Notes under the pieces: generated by a model
Seen by the model: the letters and a program-made list of their open reading frames with translations, nothing else
What the model was told of the DNA's origin: nothing
Databases searched by the model: none
Origin: Podarcis erhardii
Lineage: Eukaryota
DNA: 64,000 nt
NCBI GenBank assembly: GCA_964252035.1
Contig: OZ176213.1
Strand: one strand, 5' to 3'
Position numbers and translations under genes: made by a program
Shown: one piece after another, positions 49,701-62,200 of the stretch
Layout: each line of letters opens with the position of its first letter
Numbering within the stretch: position 1 is the first letter of the stretch

Positions 49701-49976
49701 CCTGCAGAGCGTCTGGCGGGTGGTGAGGAAGCAGGTGCCGCCCACGTTCAGCCGGACCCATTTCCCGGGCACGCCGCCCGCGACGGGAGGGGCCGGGGGA
49801 GCGAGGCAGCCCCCGCACGACGACGACGAGGACGACGACGACGAAGGCGAGGAGAAGGACGACGACGACGAACTGGAGCTGCTGCTGCAGCGCCGGCAGG
49901 AGGCGGAGGGAGCCCCGGTCAGGCCAAGCCCTGCCGCCGGCACCACCGGCAGCTCGCAGGAGCCCTCCGCCGCCAT
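34711..49976 (-). CDS. KCTD5: BTB/POZ domain protein KCTD5 (CUL3 adaptor; complete, 6 exons)
   Basis: Minus-strand exons 49976-49641 ([27 protein letters not shown]), 44043-43935 ([27 protein letters not shown]), 43465-43374, 42996-42901, 41669-41544, 34740-34711 (ILQERGSRM*). GT-AG junctions, frame continuous; adjacent to PDPK1 as in human. Confidence 0.95.
35145..35316 (+). mobile_element. CR1 LINE 3' end
   Basis: tccttggaggttttcaagcagaggttggatggccatctgtca...ttggactaaatgacc...ttccaactctacaattctatgactctatg. Confidence 0.85.
39745..39885 (+). mobile_element. Probable L1 3' tail fragment
   Basis: T-rich stretch ending gaaaactcaatgaaaaa, typical of squamate L1 3' ends. Confidence 0.4.
40632..40975. 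mobile_element. Tc1/mariner-type MITE in KCTD5 intron 5
   Basis: TIRs ccatattggcccaaatataagc / gcttatattcaggccaacaagg; TA on the left; internal aatataagcc repeats. Confidence 0.75.
45050..45500 (+). mobile_element. CR1 LINE 3' region interrupted by a ~140-bp insertion
   Basis: gaggtgtataaaattatgcatgg...ggacagacaaaa | acttcttcacacagc...gtagtgatgaccaccaacttg...ggacaaattcatggaag; the insert at 45178-45317 is flanked by aaggactt twice. Confidence 0.75.
47905..47995. repeat. Old palindromic hAT-derived MITE remnant (actacaactccc family); related remnants near 3721-3790 and 48410-48520
   Basis: gttgctgaactacaactcccaccttccctgacc...catgctggctgg motif. Confidence 0.5.
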
Positions 49977-50400
49977 CCTGGCTGCGCGCCGGAAGGTCCG
50001 CCTTCGAAAGGCGTCCCCTCCGGGCAGCTGTCCCAGCAGGCTCTCCGAGAGCGCATGTGCGGCGGCGGCGGCGATGTGGCTCCGCCCCCTGCCGTCCGGA
50101 AGTGAGGGAGGAGAGAGGCCCCTCCCCTTCTGCGGGCTTCTTCGGATTGCTGGGTACGCCAGCGGGAAGAGGGGCGGAGGCGCTGATTAACTCTTTGCTT
50201 GCCGGCCGGCTCTTTGCTTTTACCATCCAACCTCCGCCTCGCCTGGTCTCTCCTTCTTCCGCGCCGATGGAGGGCGCGGGGGGGGGGGGGGAATCAGGAG
50301 CTCTATGTCTGCCTGCCAGGAGAGCGTTCACGCAGGAAAAGCTGTGCTCTCCCGCCTCCCTGCCTGAGTTTGCGGGCAAAGCGGGGGGCATGTCAATACC
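49350..50400 (-). promoter_or_regulatory. CpG island / promoter of KCTD5
   Basis: CpG-dense region spanning exon 1; NRF1-like GCGCATGTGC near 50051 and ETS CCGGAAGT near 50095. Boundaries approximate. Confidence 0.8.
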
Positions 50401-50613
50401 CACACTATGCCCACATTTCTTTAGTTAAATTGAATTTCTGTACCGCCCTTCATTTTAGGCTTACAGGGCAGTTTATAGCACAAAAGCACATAACATAGCA
50501 GTAAACGAAAAACAATAACCCACCCCCCAACAGAATTTTAAAGACCTTGGATCAATCAGCCAAAGGCCTGGGAGAAGAGGAATGTTTTTGCCTGGCACCT
50601 AGTAATCTGTAAT

Positions 50614-50879
50614 TGTTATGTACTGAAGTTTTCACCCTGGGCCAGCAGGGCGGATACTGTAGATAAGTTTTCACCCAGGTCCACATATGCAAATAAGGGA
50701 TTGAAAGTGACGTTCAGTGATTGGATAGTTACAGAAAGTAGTTACTATTGCGTTGTAGTGGAGCTCTATATAAGCAGGCTGGCTGAACCCTTTAGTTCAG
50801 TTCTGTTCTGGCCTGTGAATAAACAAGAGCTGCTTGAAGAATCGCTGTGTCGTCTGATATGTTCACCCACAACTTAACA
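50614..50879 (+). mobile_element. Solo LTR (266 bp) of an LTR retrotransposon/ERV
   Basis: TG...CA termini (tgttatg / cttaaca); 5-bp TSD gtaat/gtagt; ATGCAAAT 50687, TGACGT 50708, ATTGG 50720, TATATAA 50767, AATAAA 50818. Confidence 0.9.
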
Positions 50880-51260
50880 GTAGTGAAGGCACAAAACATA
50901 AAGAGGGAGCCTCCGCAGAAAAGGCGCACGAAGGGCCTAAGGTCATATCAGTAGTTCATATCCTTGAGGTCCTGAGTAGTTTTTAAGGCTTTGTAGCTCA
51001 AAACCAGCACTTTGAATTGGGCCTAGAAACTTACTGGTAGCTGGGAAAGGATCAGTGTTATATGATCAAAGCATATTGTCCTGGTGAACAACCTGACTCC
51101 TGAATTCTGTGCCCACTGACATTTTCGAAACATCTTCAGAGGCAGCCCTGCGTATAACACATTGCAGTAATCTAACCTAGAGGTTACCAGAGCATAATCA
51201 ACTGAAGTTAGGTTATTCCTGTCCAGACAGGGGTGCAGCTGGGCCACCAGTCTAAACTGA

Positions 51261-51390
51261 TGGTTAGAGCATGGTGCTAATAATGTCAAGGTCCTGGGTT
51301 TGATCCTCATACCTACATATTCCAGCACTGCAGGTGCTTGGACTAGATTACCCTCAGGGTCCCTTCCAACTCTACAATTCTGTAATTCTA
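51261..51390 (+). mobile_element. SINE with tRNA-Ile(AAT)-like head and CR1 3' tail, inserted in the L2
   Basis: tggttagagcatggtgctaataatgtcaaggtcctgggtttgatcc (degenerate tRNA-Ile with AAT anticodon), then cactgcagg...ttggactagattaccctcagggtcccttccaactctacaattctgtaattcta. Confidence 0.8.
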
Positions 51391-52697
51391 AGGCACTCTG
51401 TGCAACCAAGACCACTTGAGCCTCAAGTGACAAGCAATGGATCTAGAAGTACCCTCAAGCTGTGCATCGGCTCCTTTACAGGGAGTTAAACTCCATCAAG
51501 AGCAGGCAACCTCCCATCCATCTGGTCTAGGGAACTGCCCACTAACAGTGCCTCAGTCTTATCGGGATTACGCTCCAGTTTGTTGGCTCTCATCCAGGCC
51601 ATTACCAAGGCATGACACCGATCCAGCACATCCACTGCCTCACCTGCAGATGTAAAGTAGAGCTGAGTGTCATCCACATATTGCTGATAGCATACTCCAA
51701 AACTCCAGATAATCCCTCAGCTGCTTCATGTAGCATGGGGGATAAAACCCTGAGGAACCCCACACTGAAGGCTCCACAGAGCCAAAGAGCACTCTCCAAG
51801 CATCACTCTCTGGAAATGATCATGAAGAGTGGTGCCAACCACCACTAACTTGGACAGCCACTCCAGAAGGATACCATGGCTGATAGCATTGAAAGCCGCT
51901 GACAGGTCAAGGAGAAGAGGCACATTTCCTCTCTCTTTTGACAGAGATCATCATACAGGGCCACTAAAGCAGTTTTTGTGCCTAGTTGGGCCTAAACCCC
52001 AAATGAAATGGATCTGGATCACATTGCCTGGACTGGCTCGGGGCTTCATGGTTAGCAGAAGAACACATGACAGGTGTTTTGCTGCCAGGGTGGGTGGAAA
52101 TGTCCTCTGTGTGGGGGATATAGCACTGGCTGCATTCTCATGAATACACTGATCTGATGTTGGCCATTACAGCCCTCATTTCTTTGAAAGGTTAGCCTTA
52201 AACCTAAAAAGCAGCTTTTAAAATACCTTTGTGGGGGGGAAGTAATGTTTGACACTGCAAGCCTTACTCTAATGCAGCATAATGGGGCCTGTGTGTTCTT
52301 TTCCCACTCAGGACCCAGCAGCCACTTCTGTGCCACAGTATAATACATGGCCCTCACACAAAAAAGGGGCTGGGAACTGGAGACTGCCTTCCTTCCACCT
52401 ACCCAGCTTCTGAAAAATAAGTGAATGATGCAAGCCAATGTGGATCGTGGGACATGGAGAGGGAGAGAGAGCGCGCGTCCCAATCCATTGGCAGATTGAT
52501 ACAGGACGACATGGAGGATCCACGAGTATTTTGCTTTAACGATGGATCAACGTTTTTCTTCAGCAGTTTCCATACTGGCAATATGTAATGCAGATAGGGG
52601 AATTCAGAAGTTTTGAACCATGGAATATGCAATGTTTACTTATCCAAACCTAAATTTGCTTTGCTATTTTGGGAACATGAATGAAGCGCAGATATGT

Positions 52698-52703
52698 TTT
52701 ATT
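52698..52703 (-). terminator. Candidate PDPK1 poly(A) signal (implies ~3.6 kb 3' UTR)
   Basis: TTTATT on + at the end of a long AU-rich UTR-like region. Confidence 0.45.
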
Positions 52704-53046
52704 CAAACATGCAATACAAATGCTGTGTGTTAGAGATGAAACTGCAAGCTGCTGTATCTTAAGTTATACAACACTTAGGTTTTCCACTTAGAAAGAAATG
52801 AGGAAATAAAAAAGCTGAAACTTGAAACAATCACCATAATAAACAGGAGGGTTTTATTATCTGGGATTAGAAACAGTATGCAGACATAAGCATCATCATG
52901 CAGCAACAGAAGGAACTCAATTTTTAAGAGGAAAAAGCTCAGAAATAAATACCCCTATAATGTAACTATGAAGTAGCAATAAAACTGGATATTGTTACAA
53001 CTTTTACTATTGGAGAGTTCAGCTTGATCACCACTTAAAAGTATGT

Positions 53047-53132
53047 GCACTCCTATGTACACTTACCTGGGAGTAGGTCCCATAGACTCAGTGAGATTTG
53101 CTTCTAAGTACCATGCATACCAAAAGGTTGCA
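53047..53132. repeat. Palindromic short repeat (same family as 20927-21013) in the putative PDPK1 3' UTR
   Basis: cttacctgggagtaggtcccatagactcagtgagatttgcttctaagta aligns by eye to the TSR3 copy. Confidence 0.65.
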
Positions 53133-56100
53133 ATTGCTTATAATAACTGTAGACAAGAATTAGCTATCCCAAGCTAATTTATATCACTACCCCATGAAAT
53201 AATTCATCACTGAAGATACTAACCTAGGTCTCATGTTTATTTCTATAACCAGAATTAATGCCTGAAAAATCCAGAGCTTCCCATTTGGAACTTTCACTCT
53301 GAGCTTCATGGATTTCAGAAACAAGTTTGCATAAACTGAAACAAGCTTTTCACACATTAGTTTGCTCCTTAATTGATGGGAAGCTTCCATACAATTCTAG
53401 TTCTTTCACAATGCAGAAGATGTGTGAATCTGAGGCAAGTGAGAAGCAGTGTCAGAGGCTGGGTTTGGGACACAAAAGGTTTGTGTCACTGTTTTACGAG
53501 TTAGCAGACCCAGCCCAGCTTGTCTTCCTGGACCAAATACCTGATGGTGTTGTCTGTGTGGTAATTCGAACAGAACTTTTCCAAAACACTCAGCCTTATG
53601 TGTGGTTTATTTATATACACTTGATTGTAAAAACAACCACCACAACCACCCCTCAAAGCAGTTTAGTAATCCAGTCAAATGCAGCAGCAAAATGCTACCC
53701 GCCTCCCAAGGTCTAATATTTGCAGCAGTGTGAACTGTGACAAACACGGCTTTTAAGACTATTGCACTTGTCCTGAAAGTGGCTGAAGAGAGATGATTTA
53801 CTTGAGAGCAAGAGTATGGAGAGTGCCGTTAACTAGATACCTCAACCCTAGTCCGGACTTGAATTAGATTATCACCTATTCTAAAGGTGTCCACTCAGCC
53901 ACCTGAACCAGCATTTCCACTCTCTTGCCTTTCGAAGCTTCAGACCTGCTGTGAAAGTGAGATGACTGGATCTCTTTCCCCTTCTCTGCTCCTCCTGTCT
54001 GTTCCCCCTTGGTCCAAACTGACTCTTCCCCTCTAGTGCTATTTTTCTTATGGTCCTCCCACTGGCTCTACTCAAGGCTGGGAGAGACTGCTTGACCGGA
54101 AGAGATGGGACACCATTTTTAATGGGGCAGAGATGCTTCCTCTTAATCCAAGTAAATAGCAGGATGCAGCCAGCAAATTTAGGCAAGCCAAGCAGAAAAA
54201 TGTGTCCTCTGGTGCAGTCGCAGAGCAGTTCTGCCAACATAATAGTATCGCTGGACATTTCTTACTAGAAAGACTCCTTGAATCATTAGAGAGATGAATT
54301 GTGCAGAACAATTATCATCCATGGGAGAAGTCAAATCTGTGTGTGTCATCATTTTCCAGAGAGGAGCTTCCCAGCACCTCTCCTGAGACAATCTAATACA
54401 GTTGTGGGTGATGATAAGTTGCCACTTGCTTTCACCCAATGGGATTCAGTTTTACCAAGGGGTAGGGGGAAGGAAGAAAAACAACCAGCATGACTGACAG
54501 CTGTTGGAAAGGGATTCTCACTGCCAAAAGCACTTCTACTTGGCTCCACTACTTCTGGTGGCTTGTTAAGAGTCATGGTTGCATTGCCTGGCTGCAGGAA
54601 AAGAATACATCCATGTTCCATGTGATGGCTTTTGAAGACAGTGTGCATGTATGAACAAACACATGGGTGTGTCAAAGCTTTACAGGAAAAATGGTCCAAC
54701 TTGTAGACAGAACTAGAGATAACAGTAGACCAGCCTCATCTGTTCCAGAAGTGCTATTCACCTTGTGCTGGTGGAACTTTGAAAAGAGCGGATTCTCTTA
54801 TTTCCAGCAACAACCAGACACTCTCCACTTCCAAGTCTACTCCTGACTTTAAGGGCAAGAGAAACCCTCACCTTCAAAATGGAACCTAAATCTGACACCT
54901 CTTGCTCAGCACTAGTGAAATATTCTCTCTTACGGTACAAGTGAAAAGTGAACAGAAGTGGTACCAGTACTTTTGGGGGGTGAGGAAGAGAACTGGTGTC
55001 TGGGCAAGAACCTGTTCCCCTCCCTGCAAAAAAGCTTGGGCTACCCAGATATCAGAGCACACCATAGAGAAAGAATGCTTGCAGTGAGAAAGCAATATCT
55101 TTGCTATGTTACAAGAAATGTTTGACCATAACAGTTTAATAGGAAAAGGACAAAAGAACGATATGAAACATTTGATAGATATGACTCAAGTACCATACAC
55201 TTCCCCTCCTTTGTATCAACATTTTTACATAAACACAACAATTAGTCTGATTAGTGGAGGGGCTTAAATATATTTAAATCATGTAAAATATTTTCAAAGT
55301 TGCTAAAAGGTCTGACGCTTTGCCATTGAACAAGACAGGAATATATTTGTACACCTCATTATACAAAGAGACAACAAATCAAGTCATCAGTTGTACAACC
55401 GCGCTTCTCTCCCCAGGCACAACAGGCCAGCCCCCTGCAGTGCTCCACCCTGGAAAGAACCAGCTTGCTCCCCCTCCCCCTCTTCGGAAAAGGAGAAGAG
55501 TCTATTTACTACATCAATACAGCTTGGTACTAACTAGGCAACCTCTCAGTTAGTATTAGTTAAAAGCATGCTGGTAACTTTAATGCTCCTTATTTCAACA
55601 TGTAAATGCATCAAATTAAAATTCCATGTTTAAAATTGTATGAAATTTGATTTCCAGGATTAAGTGCCACATTCAAATTTTCCCTCTCTTACCACCTGTG
55701 CTGGAGTGTATCTATCTGCAAAACATGCAATTAGAAGTACCATCCATGGAGAATCCTGCAACTGGACATGGCCTGAAGGGTTCGGCAAGGGCGTCCATCC
55801 GCTTGCAGCAGCGGTTACAAGTGCTGGATACCAACTAGAGACCAACTAGAAGGGAGGAAGTGGCAGCAGAAACAATGGTGGCCTCTCACACGGAGATGTT
55901 TCAAAGCTCCCTGACGAAACACAGTTGCATGATAAAATCGGAAAGTCACAGTAATAATCCCGCCCCACATGATCTGGGCTGTGCGTGTGGCTTGGCTTAA
56001 CTCATCTACACTGAAGTCAGCAGTTTGCAGCAGAAGCCAAGGGAGTCTCTCACGGCAGCAAAGAGAGCTGTGCAAGTGTGTGTGTGTTTGGAAGCCTCGA

Positions 56101-56278
56101 CAGAAGCACAAAAGCAAGCTAAGCGACCCTGAATTCCATTGGTTGGGCTTTTCCTTAGAGAAGGAACTAGTTTTGGCCCTGGAGATGGATGTAGGCTGGG
56201 CTGGGAGGAGTCCTCAGGCTGGGAGCATGTGGCGCTCTAGCAGCAAGGAGGGAGGCAGGGCACTGGGGGGGGGCAGTC

Positions 56279-59200
56279 TCATTTCGCAGTGTTCTGGTGG
56301 TATATGTGTCGCCAAACCTCGTGTATCTTTTTGCACCATTTATGAGCGTTCCCACTTGGGTCCATCAGGTAGTATGTCCTGTTAGGCTACAAGTAAACAA
56401 AGATTTAGTCCCTACTCATTCCTGCAGCAAGAACCTAACTGAACTGAACAAGGCCAGCAGGCAGTGCATGGGCTTGGGCCTCCCCTCCCTCCCCTGGGGA
56501 TGAAGGTTGCACACAGCACTTTGTACATCAGAAGTCTCTCACTGTAAAAAACCAGACAACGGGCAGGAGCTATTAAAAGGCAGGGGTGGCTGTGTGAGCC
56601 AACTCTGGCCTGAGAAGGTACAAGAGTCATCAGTGTGTGGAGCTGTGTCACTGGGGAGCTGCTACTTCAGGAAGTTCTAGATCCATTTTTCAAAAAAGGG
56701 GAAGGATCCCACAGCCAATTAACACCTCCAGCACCTTCCTCAACACCTCCAGCACCTCCCAGGAAGCACTGGCAGCTGAATGGACCCTGCTAATACCACA
56801 CCTGCAAGAGCCCACAGAACAGGACCTGTCAGCAGGAAGAGGTCACTTACTGTGTGAACAAAGAAGGTCTTGAAGTTCTTGGCTTCCGGCCGGAGTTCCA
56901 GCGACCAAGGGATTTCTCCTTTCAGAATTTTGTTGACAGGGTCCACATAGTACAAGTGTGGCCCTTCAGTGAGCAGCAGCTGACGCCTGCGAGCAAAGAG
57001 CCCCTGCAGAGGAGGACACAACACTTAGAGCTAAGCCAGCACTGCAGGTCAGCAACTTCAAAGAAAGGGTCAAGAAAGGCAGGATTCTAGCACCATCACA
57101 GGATACTGCTTAGGACTCAACACTCTTGTTATAGAGCACAAAGGGATCATCACAACATCTTCTGAGCAGCTAGTTTCCTCTGCCTCTCTGCCATTATCAT
57201 ATGCAGCACAACCAGCTCACAGGACAAGGAAGGGGAAGTACCTATTAACTTTTTTGCCTTTCCTGCAACAGTCTCCAAACCAAATTTTGGACAAATGGTG
57301 AAATGTCTTCAAAGCTCAAACTCTCTTCTAGGCAACGCTCTCTTTCCCTGAGACCCTCATTCCCTATGACAGCAGGGGAACTGTCATCATGGGAGTGGGA
57401 CCTCCCTGAAGACCCCATCCAACACTCTCTCTGCCTCTTTTGCCGTTTCCAGGTCTGGGAACCAACTTGTTCCTGGAGCTCACTGTACTCTAGAAACACC
57501 CACAACTTCTGCCCAATGGGGAGATAGTCAAATATATGGCAGGCTCTGCAAAACACTAGAAGGCCTCCCTCCCTCCCCACTAGTTTATTTATTTTTTTAG
57601 TTACCTACTTACCAACCACCTGGTACACATGGAAGAGCATACAAATAAAATTATGAAATGTGGAGGTCAAGGAGAACAAACAGGGTTACACTCCCCACCA
57701 CAAACTACAACATTTGGATAATCTGCTTTTGGTTTCTCTTAATATGTTTCTTTCCCCTCCACTACTCTGCAGGTTTTTTTATTTCATATCCCCAAGTACT
57801 TTAGACTCACAAGTACAATCATTTAAAGAATGAATCCGAGGCACAGGATAAGGTGACTTACCTTCCGTTTGTCAACTGGACCCATTTTCAGTATTAGATT
57901 ATTTTCTACAAACTGGTGCCTGAGAAGAAAACATCACCTTGTGTTATTTCCATCAATCCATCATTCATTGCCAAGCCATACACTTACAGGCTTTTAGATA
58001 CAGAGTGTCAGTGAGAGGAGGAAAAGTAGCCAACAGCCAGATGTAGCTAGCAGCACTTTTATGGGACTGTCAGCTCTGGGTCAGATCCCATGGAAGATTT
58101 GGCTGCATTTCTAAGCTCTGGCCAATTCAAATGGTCCTGGTTCCCCCTTTTCTAAAGCCCCAGATTCTGCCACCCTCCATTGTTAGGAACACGCAAGTGA
58201 GGTGCAAGACTGATGAAGCTGAACTTTATTTGTGGAGCAGGACGTCACTCAAGAGAGGGGGGGGAGGGAGGGAGAGAAAGCAAGTGTAAGCACATGGTGC
58301 ACACACATTTGCATAAGCCACTCTATGGGGAAAAAACCCTACTCCCCGCAGTGCTTACCAGGGATTTCCACCAGCCTGCTTTGCCAAGAGTAACCTTTTC
58401 TCCTTTTCAGAGAACTGGAGGTCCAGCTCAAAGGAATTGCTGTCGAGGTTGTGAATGTATTGCTCTATGTTGTTGCTGCTGCCTGAGGTTTGTGGGGTGG
58501 ACGTCTCCGGGGAAGACAAGGACTGAGAAGAGGCAGAGCCAGACACTTGCAGGCAGCCAAACTGACTCAGGAGATTGTCATACTATCAAAATGAGAAAGA
58601 TAGTTTTCAGAATAAATGGGGGCAAAGTACATAGCATAGCACATAGCACATTAGAGTTGGAAGGGACCCTGAGGATCATCTAGTCCAACCCCCTGCAATA
58701 AAGTATGTGGCATCTTACCCTTTTCTTCTGACCAATATATCTGCCAACATAATATCCAAGTTGTCCTCAAGAGTAAATCCAGTAACATTAATGGGCCTAA
58801 ATTAGATGTGCCAATGAATGTGACTAACAATTGATACAACCAATGTTATATTATTTATTTATTATTCTGAATGCTCTCTTTAAATGCTACTAGTACTATC
58901 ATGTATTTACGCTGTATAAACACTGTAAGCCCATACTTTAGGAAAGCAACACATTTCATCTGCAAGAAAGCAAACAGCTTCCAACATACAGTATCATAAA
59001 ATACTGTATTTTTCTGTGTATAAGACTATATTCCCCCCAAAAAAGTAAGTTTAAAAAGATGGGGGGCGTCTTATACACAGAATGTTGCAATTATTTATTT
59101 ATTAATTTAGGCTAAAAACCGTCTTATACATGGGGGCGTCTTATACACGGAAAAATATGGTAGCTGTGTGGCCATCTTTTATTTTACTCAGTACATCACT

Positions 59201-62200
59201 TTTGCCATCAAGGCAAAATCCCACTCATTTTCTGGCCACTTGTTCTGCTGTTAGTGATATTCTCCATTTCTTTGCTTAAAAACATTCTTGCTTCAATTCA
59301 CAAATGGGACTAATTCCTTATGCTCTGTCTCACTGAGGCTTCAACACAATTTAGTGAGGACAGGACCTAGAGAGGTTTCATAATCTATAGACTGTAAAAT
59401 GCTTGATCTGCTTCTACTTTTTAATAATAGCATTAATAATAACCACCTCCCTTCTCCTGTTGACACTTCCAGCACATGCTTGTACTGGGCTTTTTCTATT
59501 TTCCTTTCCAGTTATACTTAAGAAAATCAGTAGGCTTCCCAAGATTTTCACCAGAATGATTTTACCTATATTCTGCAGCTATTTAACTAAATTTTATGGG
59601 TGATTTGCAAGTCATAAGAGGCCAATTTAAATCAAGAGGCTCCAGTAGAGTTATTTCAATGGGTCTACAATTGAGTATGACACTGAGACACTGGATATCA
59701 CGCTGCATCGTAATAAAGGGTTGTTTTACCTAATTTCTCCAAATCAGTTAATTTCCTCAGAGCAATCCTCACCCAAGATTCCACCTAAACATTAGGAAGA
59801 ACTTCCTGACAGTAAGAGCTGTTCGACAGTGGAATTTGCTGCCAAGGAGTGTGGTGGAGTCTCCTTCTTTGGAGGTCTTTAAGCAGAGGCTTGACAACCA
59901 TATGTCAGGAGTGCTCTGATGGTGTTTCCTGCTTGGCAGGGGGTTGGACTCGATGGCCCTTGTGGTCTCTTCCAGCTCTATGATTCTATGATTCAATCTG
60001 GGTAAGGCACAGTAGAGTGTAATGGGCAGCATAGCCACTGCTCCATCAGTTGCACATATCAACCAGGACAGATGTGGGGGCAAGCAAACCCTTGTTCCAC
60101 CCTACTGTCCACCCTGGGACTGCTGACAGCAGTGGAGCCAGTTCAGTCCTCCCGCTCCAGAACACCCCATTTGGCAGGCAGCATGAGAAATTCAGTGGTG
60201 CTGGAGGAGTGCTGCTGAGGCCACTCTGAACAGCAGAAGGAGATTTCTGCCCTATCCATCCATGCTACCCACCCCCAATATGGCAGATGAGGGGGCTCGG
60301 GTCGCAGCCTCATTTCTTGATTCACTATCTACATAATTTATTACCCATTTTACGTTAAGACACTCAAGCCAAAGGGGGGGGGGGAAGGTTTGTTGGATTC
60401 AATTTTCTCCTAATTTCTGAATGATCAATAGTCCTGCCTTGATTGATTAAATATATGTATCAGAAAAATCCCTGTCTCCAAATTTTAAAGCCTCTATCTC
60501 TTTCACAAATTTCACCAGTGATCCCATATTTTTAACCAGCTGGAAACTAGAACATTTCCTTTTACTTGCTTTGTTCTATTTCATTATCTCCTCACAGTAC
60601 ATACATGTATCACTCTTTAACCCTCTGCAAGAGAGGGCGGAAGCTGGGAAGTTCTGCTTTCAGCTCAGTATCTGCTCTCACCCTCTGGTCATGTGAACTG
60701 GACAAGTGAAAGTGAGGGTGACAGAGGAGCCAAGGATTAGATCAGAACAAGAACTACAGGCCTATTTCTCCCTTGAAGGATGCAAGGGTATTGAAAAGAC
60801 CTCTATGGAGCATGGCATGGTAGATCAAGATGGGAACTCCTACTGAGAATGCTGAGATGGATGGAGAAGGATGTGAGGCACTCACAAGGACAAACTGCCC
60901 TTCAGCAGCCTTTGATCTCCCCTGGCATCAGTATCAAAGCCTGCACTTACATTTCCATAGCAATCCTCATCATCTTCTGACATTGCGGGCAAATATGCAG
61001 TGAGCTTGGGTGGTGTCTGAAGATGCAGATTCTCCCAGGTGATGGAGTCGAAAAAGGGGTGGGCCTTCAAGGGCTCATATCCTCCCATTTCTTCACAGCC
61101 TAACCTCTTGGTAGCATCTTGGACCTGGTTAAGTGAAGACACAGTTACATTTTCCCTGGAAAGACTCAGGGGGCATCTTTGGCTCCACTCCCTGTCATTT
61201 CAGATCTTGGTGACTCAGTCAGTCCACCTCTGTGGACAATCTGTTAATATGGGACCTTTGATGTACCTTGCAGAAGTGAGACTCCAGGAAGGAGGACGAC
61301 AATTGAGATTTCTTCTCCAAGCACCCCTTCATGGTGATTCACAAGGGGCTTTTGCAATAACCCGTGAAACAAAGGCTTGCATAGGTTTAACTGGCATAAA
61401 GCAACGGGATAGAGATCCTCTCAAGGAACTGGTCATGAAGTCAACTTGTTTTGCTCCACTTCCTAAAGCAAGTGGGAGGCAAGTGGCCAATTAAAAGAGA
61501 AAAGAGATGGAAGGAGACAGGCAGGAAGGAAAGGAATGATGGTTGCTGGCCTTGAGGCTGACATCTGTATCATATGGTTCTTGTGGTGCTAAAATCTTGA
61601 ACACCAACTGACTGAAAAGTTCCAGCTAGTTTGGGAACAAAGCTAACAGTCTAGTTCCGTGAAGAGAGGGAAAGTAGGGGGGCCTTAGCTGGAAATTAAT
61701 ACCTCAACACAAGGTATAAAGGAGTATATCTGTGGGTCGGGGTGAGGCTGGGAAGAGAGAGGGCAGAAAACCCCATGGGAAGGCAGTGGGGATTAAGAAA
61801 CAAGGCTCTGAAGATGCTTTGTGGAAAAGCAGGAGGGACAGGGAACAAGTCAAAGGGGCAACAGTTGGGGGGCGGGACTCTGAAGCCTAGAGGGCCAAAA
61901 CACCGGCTGGGATAGAACAGCAGCAATGAGTACCACATTTTGTGCAAGTTATCTGACTGGAGGCTTCTAGCATGCATATGAAACTTTTGACAATACAATT
62001 CATTTACCAAAAGCTTTTCTACGAGATCTTTCGCCTTCGGAAAGAACTTCTCTGGGAATTCATACTCCAATTTGATTATCTTCTGGAATATGAGATATTC
62101 ATTTCTGCAAAAAGGATGGGGAAAAGTATAGTTACATCTATGCAAACATTTCCTATAAGTCTACTTCAAGGTTGAAACTATACCACCCTATGGGTACACG

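Larger units (their letters stand above)
50425..52025 (-). mobile_element. L2 LINE 3' half (degenerate RT/ORF2), interrupted by a solo LTR and a SINE
   Basis: Minus-strand fragments LLDLSAAF, GVPQG, DDTQLY...MRANKLERNPDKTE and LVTSRLDYCNVLYAGLP, with frameshifts; L2-type 3' end near 50430-50600. Confidence 0.9.

Noticed and set aside
49576-50403. 275-aa, 190-aa (poly-Asp) and 175-aa ORFs overlapping KCTD5 exon 1
   Set aside because: Alternative-frame and antisense shadows of the GC-rich exon and its TCG repeat.
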